Source: a virus (taxonomy: Duplodnaviria > Caudoviricetes). Taken from it: 37,433 nt of DNA. A program made the translations under genes and the position numbers. Below are positions 33,130 to 37,433 of the stretch, piece by piece (positions within the stretch are counted from its first letter, which is position 1; each line of letters opens with the position of its first letter). The stretch covers positions 1 through 37,433 of IMG/VR virus record IMGVR_UViG_3300011338_000534; one strand, 5' to 3'. The notes under the pieces are model-generated. The model was not told the DNA's origin, did no database searches, and worked only from the letters and a program-made list of their open reading frames with translations.

Positions 33130-34401
33130 TCACGCCGCCCAACTCGCGCGGCTGGAACGCTTTTTGCTGTATCGATCCCGGTCCTGCTGCACCACCTCAC
33201 GATAGCTAACAGCGAGCATACGGCCCGCATCCGCCAAATGGCTTGACCAATCGTGGTAAGGCCGGTTTTCAAACACCTTGCGCTTATCGTCCCACTTTTT
33301 GCGGTAGTTCTTCAACGCCTCGACCAGGCCCGCGCATTTGGTCTGATCAAACCACAGCCGCGTGAACAGCGTCCGCAGCGCGTTGATGCCGTCCTCAATA
33401 TCCAGCATGGGCGCAGTCGACAGCCTGCCCAGAATGTTCCGCATGACCTCCTCACGGCTCCGGCCCGTGGTCATCTCCCTCACCCGCACATCATGGGGGA
33501 ACACATGATCGGCGTAGGTGTAGGGCCGACCGGCCACCTCGCTCGCAATCTGGGTTAGTGGCGTCTGCGTCCACTCTTGCGCCTCAATGACCCGGATTTC
33601 CTTGCCTAGCGTCTGGACGAACCAAACAGCCGTCGCGTCATCAAGCCCCAAGTCCCAAAACGTCGTAACGGGTAGGGCAGGATCATGAGGCACGTTGCCA
33701 ACGCGGCGCTCTTCATAAGCCTTCTCAATCTCGCCACCGTAGTAAGACCCGACCACCGCGCTATCAAAGCTGCACTCAAACTCCGTGGCATATTGTTCTT
33801 TGGTCATCGTAGCGCGAGCGTCTGCCAGCTCGTCCGCGTCAACGATGCCCGTCTCGCTTGCCCTCATCCGGTCATAGAACCAGTCTGGCGAGCCTTTGGC
33901 GTGTTCGCATATCTCATAGAATGCGTTGCGGCCTTTCGGCGTCCCGATGAAGACGCACTGACCTTTCCGGTCTGCCAAAGCAGGACGCAGCACCTCAGGC
34001 CACGCCGCCGGGTTCATGTCCGCGTATTCGTCCAGAACCAGATAATCCAGATACAGGCCGCGCATCCGGTCATAGTTTTCAGCGCCGTAAAGCCTCAGCC
34101 GCGCTCCGTTCGGATAATCAATCCGCAGTTCGCTCTCATTGAACGTCACGCCTGGAATCGCCGCAGAGAACCGCTTGGCGTATTCCCATGCAACGTCTTT
34201 GGCTTGGACGAACGTGGGAGCGACATAGGCTCCACGCGGGTTAGGCTTGTCGCACCTCAGCAGCGCGTCGATCAGGTCCGCAATCGTGGCAACCGTCTTT
34301 CCTGCGCGGCGATGGCAGACCAATGCGGCCCACCTCTCCTTGCGCTTATGGAAAGGAACAAACTGGCTTCGCGGCTCGTATCCGAGACTAACGGTCGGCA
34401 C
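33130..34401 (-). CDS. terL: Terminase large subunit
   Basis: HRRAGKT Walker A, VLDEYA Walker B, GTPKG, and nuclease motifs WDLG..D and HDWSSH.AD. Confidence 0.95.
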   Translation of the reverse strand: MPTVSLGYEPRSQFVPFHKRKERWAALVCHRRAGKTVATIADLIDALLRCDKPNPRGAYVAPTFVQAKDVAWEYAKRFSAAIPGVTFNESELRIDYPNGARLRLYGAENYDRMRGLYLDYLVLDEYADMNPAAWPEVLRPALADRKGQCVFIGTPKGRNAFYEICEHAKGSPDWFYDRMRASETGIVDADELADARATMTKEQYATEFECSFDSAVVGSYYGGEIEKAYEERRVGNVPHDPALPVTTFWDLGLDDATAVWFVQTLGKEIRVIEAQEWTQTPLTQIASEVAGRPYTYADHVFPHDVRVREMTTGRSREEVMRNILGRLSTAPMLDIEDGINALRTLFTRLWFDQTKCAGLVEALKNYRKKWDDKRKVFENRPYHDWSSHLADAGRMLAVSYREVVQQDRDRYSKKRSSRASWAA

Positions 34402-34783
34402 GGGGAACGCCGGTCAGGACGGTCAGCGCCAAGTCACCGGAATGCTCTTGCTGCACCTTGTCGCCGTATCGCTTGCTGTCCATGCGAGCCAGCGCCCACT
34501 TGCGTGTATCCACTCTCAGGCGGGCTTTTGCGATTGCAGCGGGGTCAGCCTCAACGTCATCGCCAATCTCGAATATCTCTTCAAACATCGCTGTTGCCCG
34601 TTCTCTTTGGGCATTCGCGTAGTTTTCCGAAAAGCGCGGGTATTTCCCAAGCCACAGATAGACGCTGGACAGGCAAGGCATTGACGCAGAAGAGCAAATA
34701 GACCGCAGGCTTTCACCGGCAGTCATTCTGCCGCAAATATCGGCAGCTAGTTCTTCGCTGTAGTCCGTTGGCCTTCCGACCAC
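34388..34783 (-). CDS. terS: Terminase small subunit (Sf6 gp1-like)
   Basis: GRPTDYS.E.A..IC.....GESLR.IC and RLRVDTRKW.....KRYGDK motifs. Confidence 0.92.
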   Translation of the reverse strand: MVGRPTDYSEELAADICGRMTAGESLRSICSSASMPCLSSVYLWLGKYPRFSENYANAQRERATAMFEEIFEIGDDVEADPAAIAKARLRVDTRKWALARMDSKRYGDKVQQEHSGDLALTVLTGVPRADR

Positions 34784-34787
34784 GCGC

Positions 34788-34916
34788 TTACTTCTGACGC
34801 GGCTTGGCGTTGTCGCCTGGCATGGACTGGCCGTAGGTCTTGAGCGGGTTTGCGGGCGGCTTGATCGACATAAGCCGACCTTTGCTCGCGTTCGACGGCT
34901 TGGACTTCGTTCCCAT
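34788..34916 (-). CDS. Basic 42-aa peptide, first late gene (not in ORF track)
   Basis: MGTKSKPSNASKGRLMSIKPPANPLKTYGQSMPGDNAKPRQK; GGAG SD; ends 4 nt before terS. Confidence 0.55.
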   Translation of the reverse strand: MGTKSKPSNASKGRLMSIKPPANPLKTYGQSMPGDNAKPRQK

Positions 34917-34994
34917 AATGGGCGGCTCCGGTGGAGGTTTGCAGTCTGGTTTGCGTCTAGGCTTAAGCCGTAGCGGGGCCGTAGAGCGGGATGG

Positions 34995-35023
34995 ATAATG
35001 CCTTAGAGGGCTTGGCGGGTCAA
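34995..35023 (-). promoter_or_regulatory. Putative late promoter
   Basis: TTGACC (35023-35018)-N17-CATTAT (35000-34995), upstream of the terminase operon. Confidence 0.6.
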
Positions 35024-35046
35024 GGTGCGGGTCAAGGTGCGGGTCA
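35015..35046. repeat. 12-bp tandem repeat GCGGGTCAAGGT, 2.7 copies
   Basis: Read directly from the sequence; overlaps the -35 hexamer. Confidence 0.9.
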
Positions 35047-35280
35047 TGCGTCCCACCCAGCGTTCAGCCCCATGTGCGGGGTAAATGTGTATTTCTTGCC
35101 GTTTACCGGGTTCCACAGGCGGTAATCCACACCGACCTTGGCAACCACTTCCAAGGTCAAAAAGCCAACTTTGACCGTTTCACCGTCCGACCAATCTTGC
35201 TTGCGCTTCGGAGTTGCATACCCATTGTGCAGCCCGCCAAGAGCGGATCGTGATGCGCGGTATCCAACAAATCCAGCCAT
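35044..35280 (-). CDS. Hypothetical protein (cassette cargo)
   Basis: 78 aa; AGGAG SD; KQDWS.G.TVKVGFLTL.V pattern. Confidence 0.7.
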   Translation of the reverse strand: MAGFVGYRASRSALGGLHNGYATPKRKQDWSDGETVKVGFLTLEVVAKVGVDYRLWNPVNGKKYTFTPHMGLNAGWDA

Positions 35281-35338
35281 TTTGTGGCTCCTACCGGGTG
35301 CTGCTTGATTGCCGCGCCCCGTTGATTTGTTATCCTAT

Positions 35339-35359
35339 ATGGGCAGATGTTACGCAATA
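35339..35359 (-). promoter_or_regulatory. 21-bp promoter/operator, copy 1 (ATGGGCAGATGTTACGCAATA on +)
   Basis: Identical to 35995-36015; contains a TTGCGT -35-like hexamer on the minus strand; the -10 is weak. Confidence 0.7.
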
Positions 35360-35396
35360 GGGAAAATGCAGGACGGACGAAAAAAGATTCCTGGCC

Positions 35397-35567
35397 CTAT
35401 TTCAAGCCGTGCTGCAATGCCATGCGGATAGCTACAGCAGCAGGACCGCTTGGGCCGAGTTTGGCATAGTTCTGGGCGGTCTTGGGGGATACGCCTAGCC
35501 ATCTGCCAGCGGCTTGTTGAGAGAGGCCGAGGGCGGAAAGGGCGGCGCGGTATTCAGCGGGAGGCAT
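35397..35567 (-). CDS. XRE-like HTH regulator, 56 aa (not in ORF track)
   Basis: MPPAEYRAALSALGLSQQAAGRWLGVSPKTAQNYAKLGPSGPAAVAIRMALQHGLK; paralogous to 8772-9008. Confidence 0.8.
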   Translation of the reverse strand: MPPAEYRAALSALGLSQQAAGRWLGVSPKTAQNYAKLGPSGPAAVAIRMALQHGLK

Positions 35568-35570
35568 TTT

Positions 35571-35732
35571 TTAATGCCTAAGCTTTTTTGTGTTTGCCCG
35601 AGACAGTTCAAACCCGACCCACAAAAACGACCACCAACCCTTAGCGTATCGTGACAAAGACGGGGCAAGGCTGCGCCTTACAGCGCCGCGATGCCAGTTG
35701 ACCAAAAAACTTCCGACCCGAATGGCGCTCAT
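35571..35732 (-). CDS. Hypothetical basic 53-aa protein
   Basis: Start reassigned to MSAIRVG (ATG 35732, GGAGGT SD, ATGA overlap). Confidence 0.5.
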   Translation of the reverse strand: MSAIRVGSFLVNWHRGAVRRSLAPSLSRYAKGWWSFLWVGFELSRANTKKLRH

Positions 35733-35935
35733 CGCACCACCTCCAACATGTCGCCCCAAACGGGACGGGCACGCGACTCGTCAAGGTAAACGTTGCCGGC
35801 CGCGTCAGCGCAAACGGGGGCGTAAAGGCCGCGACGGGCATCAACCAAGCCCAAAATCGACTCTGCAAAGTCGTGACCGTAAACCTCAACGGCTTCAGCA
35901 CGAGCGGCGGCGGCGATTGCAAAACGTTGGGCCAT
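35729..35935 (-). CDS. Hypothetical protein (cassette cargo)
   Basis: 68 aa; first ORF after promoter copy 2. Confidence 0.6.
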   Translation of the reverse strand: MAQRFAIAAAARAEAVEVYGHDFAESILGLVDARRGLYAPVCADAAGNVYLDESRARPVWGDMLEVVR

Positions 35936-35994
35936 TTGTCTGTTTCCGTTCGGCTAGTGCTTGATTGCCCTGCGCCGGTTCAACCTTGTCCCAC

Positions 35995-36015
35995 ATGGGC
36001 AGATGTTACGCAATA
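35995..36015 (-). promoter_or_regulatory. 21-bp promoter/operator, copy 2
   Basis: Exact repeat of 35339-35359. Confidence 0.7.
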
Positions 36016-36040
36016 CCCCTTGCGCATTTTGTGCGCTTTT

Positions 36041-36610
36041 TTATTCCGCCATCCATTCGCCAGACAGCGCCTTAAAATCAGGGCGGTCCTCGAACGGCTT
36101 TGCCCACATTGCAGGCTCAACCCAACATACTTTGTTGTTTGGGAACGCGCCTATCGACCCGTCCTCCAGCTCCATGATGTGCAGGTGCTTGTGTTGCTCG
36201 CTCATGTCAGCCAGTGACGAGCCGGTGAAATCAATTGAGAAGCGATACCTGGCACCGCGCCTATCTGGCAGAATCTGCGCCTTCATCCGCCGATGGAACT
36301 CAAACGCATGAACGCCAAACTCACTTGAGAAACAATCCCACGGCTGAACGTAGGTGTAGTCGATCTGGGCATTCGGTGCGCGAGGCTTATCGGGTATCTT
36401 CCAGCAAAACGCTTCAATGGGAGCCAGAAACCCTGCCCCGGCGCCATACTCAGTCAGGACGCATTGGAACTCTAGGCACTTGCCTTGCACCACTCTCAGG
36501 CCGTGGATGATGCACGGAAGATACTGCCCGTGCCCGTCCTCCAAATCGCGCGTGTATTCCTTACGGATGTAGCCGTGGAAAAAGCGGTCGCATGAGCCGA
36601 TTATGAACAT
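36041..36610 (-). CDS. Conserved phage hypothetical protein
   Basis: 189 aa with QPWDCFS, Y.F.ID, QHK..H..EL.DG...A.PNN; GAGG SD. Confidence 0.75.
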   Translation of the reverse strand: MFIIGSCDRFFHGYIRKEYTRDLEDGHGQYLPCIIHGLRVVQGKCLEFQCVLTEYGAGAGFLAPIEAFCWKIPDKPRAPNAQIDYTYVQPWDCFSSEFGVHAFEFHRRMKAQILPDRRGARYRFSIDFTGSSLADMSEQHKHLHIMELEDGSIGAFPNNKVCWVEPAMWAKPFEDRPDFKALSGEWMAE

Positions 36611-36768
36611 AATGCCTCTACTCGCTCAATGCGTTCCAGTTCACCCAATACGTCAGCCGCTATCTCTTTGGCTGTGCGGTGGGCTGTCTGGGCTTGGCGG
36701 GATGTTGTGCTAGGCAGCCTTCGGAATATCACCATTGCCAGCCTGTCTGCTTTTTCAAATCGGGTCAT
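36601..36768 (-). CDS. Hypothetical 55-aa protein
   Basis: Start reassigned to the ATG at 36768, coupled (ATGA) to the upstream ORF. Confidence 0.5.
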   Translation of the reverse strand: MTRFEKADRLAMVIFRRLPSTTSRQAQTAHRTAKEIAADVLGELERIERVEALCS

Positions 36769-36938
36769 TCCGCGTGTCGTTTGGCGTCGCGGTTTTCGAT
36801 CTCGCTTTGCAAAGCGCAAATGAAATCAGTCGCAGCATACATCAATCGCTCACCTAAAATGCCGGTCTTTTCGGGGTTTTTTCCGTCATCAAGCGACCAT
36901 GCTCGACAAGCTGAATCCCATGCTTTTTCTTCATTCAT
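36765..36938 (-). CDS. Hypothetical 57-aa protein (not in ORF track)
   Basis: MNEEKAWDSACRAWSLDDGKNPEKTGILGERLMYAATDFICALQSEIENRDAKRHAE; overlaps the NinB stop and fills the gap exactly. Confidence 0.55.
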   Translation of the reverse strand: MNEEKAWDSACRAWSLDDGKNPEKTGILGERLMYAATDFICALQSEIENRDAKRHAE

Positions 36939-37326
36939 TGGGCTGGTCGCTCCATTTTATGCCGTTCCGGTTGCCCCATTCAAACACTAACGAGAGCAAG
37001 CCGGTAAATTCCTCAACGCTTAGGCTGGACGATGACCGGCCTAATCCAACCATTCCGGTGCCGTCCAGGTTCGGGACCATGCGCGTTTCACGGTCCAAGG
37101 CGTCCATAAACAGCAGTTTGTAATCGTCCGGGGACAATTTGAGGCCGTGATAAGGTCGCTGCTTCGCAATGTCCCCGAGCGCGGCCCATAGGGCGCTGTT
37201 CTGGTCGATGGTTCGTGTCGGTCCATGAAAGACTACCTTAGAGCCTACGGTGACGCCCTGCGCCCACTTGCTGGCCTTGTCTCGGTCAGCTTGTGAACGC
37301 AGGGTAATGACGGCACGGTCAGACAC
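36931..37326 (-). CDS. ninB: NinB/Orf recombination protein
   Basis: RT.DQNS.LWA.L.DIA.Q, VP.LDG.G.V.LG.SSS.L and F..L...V..WG....I.WS motifs. Confidence 0.9.
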   Translation of the reverse strand: MSDRAVITLRSQADRDKASKWAQGVTVGSKVVFHGPTRTIDQNSALWAALGDIAKQRPYHGLKLSPDDYKLLFMDALDRETRMVPNLDGTGMVGLGRSSSSLSVEEFTGLLSLVFEWGNRNGIKWSDQPNE

Positions 37327-37433
37327 GGCCTAGAACGGAATATCGTCGTCAAACCGAGCGCCGCGCTGTGGCGGCACCTCTCGCGCCGGGCCAGCGTCAC
37401 GCTGCGTCGGAAACTTGACCGATCCTGCCAGCA
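37307..37433 (+). repeat. Terminal direct repeat, copy 2
   Basis: ATGACGGCAC...GCCAGCA matches 1-127 exactly. Confidence 0.95.

Larger units (their letters stand above)
1..37433. mobile_element. Complete circularly permuted podovirus-type bacteriophage genome (37,306 bp unique)
   Basis: Terminase, portal, scaffold, capsid, tail, ejection, lysis, replication and recombination modules are all present; the ends overlap exactly; no host genes seen. Confidence 0.95.

Noticed and set aside
33685-34701. 338-aa ORF antisense to the terminase genes
   Set aside because: Shadow ORF with R/A/P-rich composition and no recognisable domain.
36022-36042. GCGCA-TTTTG-TGCGC-T6 as the terminator of the left arm
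   Set aside because: The stem is only 5 bp and the T-tract is on the plus (non-coding) strand; it is more likely part of the upstream A-tract of the minus-strand promoter.
37307-37433. 127-bp terminal repeat as a biological direct terminal repeat
   Set aside because: It falls within coding sequence of a continuous operon and equals a common assembly k-mer length, so it is best read as a circular overlap. True ends need read-level analysis.
1-37433. tRNA genes, attP/integrase, full CtrA boxes (TTAA-N7-TTAA) and perfect DnaA boxes
   Set aside because: None were found by eye in the intergenic regions examined. This was not an exhaustive scan, so tRNAscan-SE and motif searches are still needed.

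Overview
The window is an apparently complete, circularly permuted tailed-phage genome of 37,306 bp. Bases 1-127 are repeated exactly at 37307-37433, most likely an assembly overlap. It is a GC-rich podovirus-type phage (P22-like portal, N4-gp56/DUF4043-like capsid, ejection proteins, no tape measure), probably infecting an alphaproteobacterium; the host is inferred from GcrA-like and DnaA-domain-IV-like genes and promoter style. A divergent control region at about 2036-2151 drives two arms. The rightward arm (2152-11379) carries a Cro-like HTH, DUF1064 nuclease, C5 methyltransferase, HNH, SF2 helicase plus N4/N6 methyltransferase, a lambda-O-like initiator with internal iterons, and accessory genes. 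The leftward arm carries Erf, an SSB-like protein and NinB, crosses the junction through small cassettes, and continues into packaging, head, tail, ejection, lysis and phosphoesterase genes. I recognise no integrase, CI-type repressor, Q, partition genes, tRNA, CRISPR or reverse transcriptase. The most notable signals are: (1) a 240-bp region before the replication initiator with three -4-overlapped micro-ORFs on one strand and two candidate anti-Shine-Dalgarno antisense sRNAs on the other; (2) a C5 methyltransferase whose motif IX lies in a nested +1-frame gene with its own SD; (3) a GC-AATCA(A/C)-GC leader hairpin recurring at three promoters linked to two paralogous mini-HTH genes; (4) a hidden antisense membrane micro-ORF after the ejection genes. 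All protein calls come from motifs recognised by eye, not from database searches.
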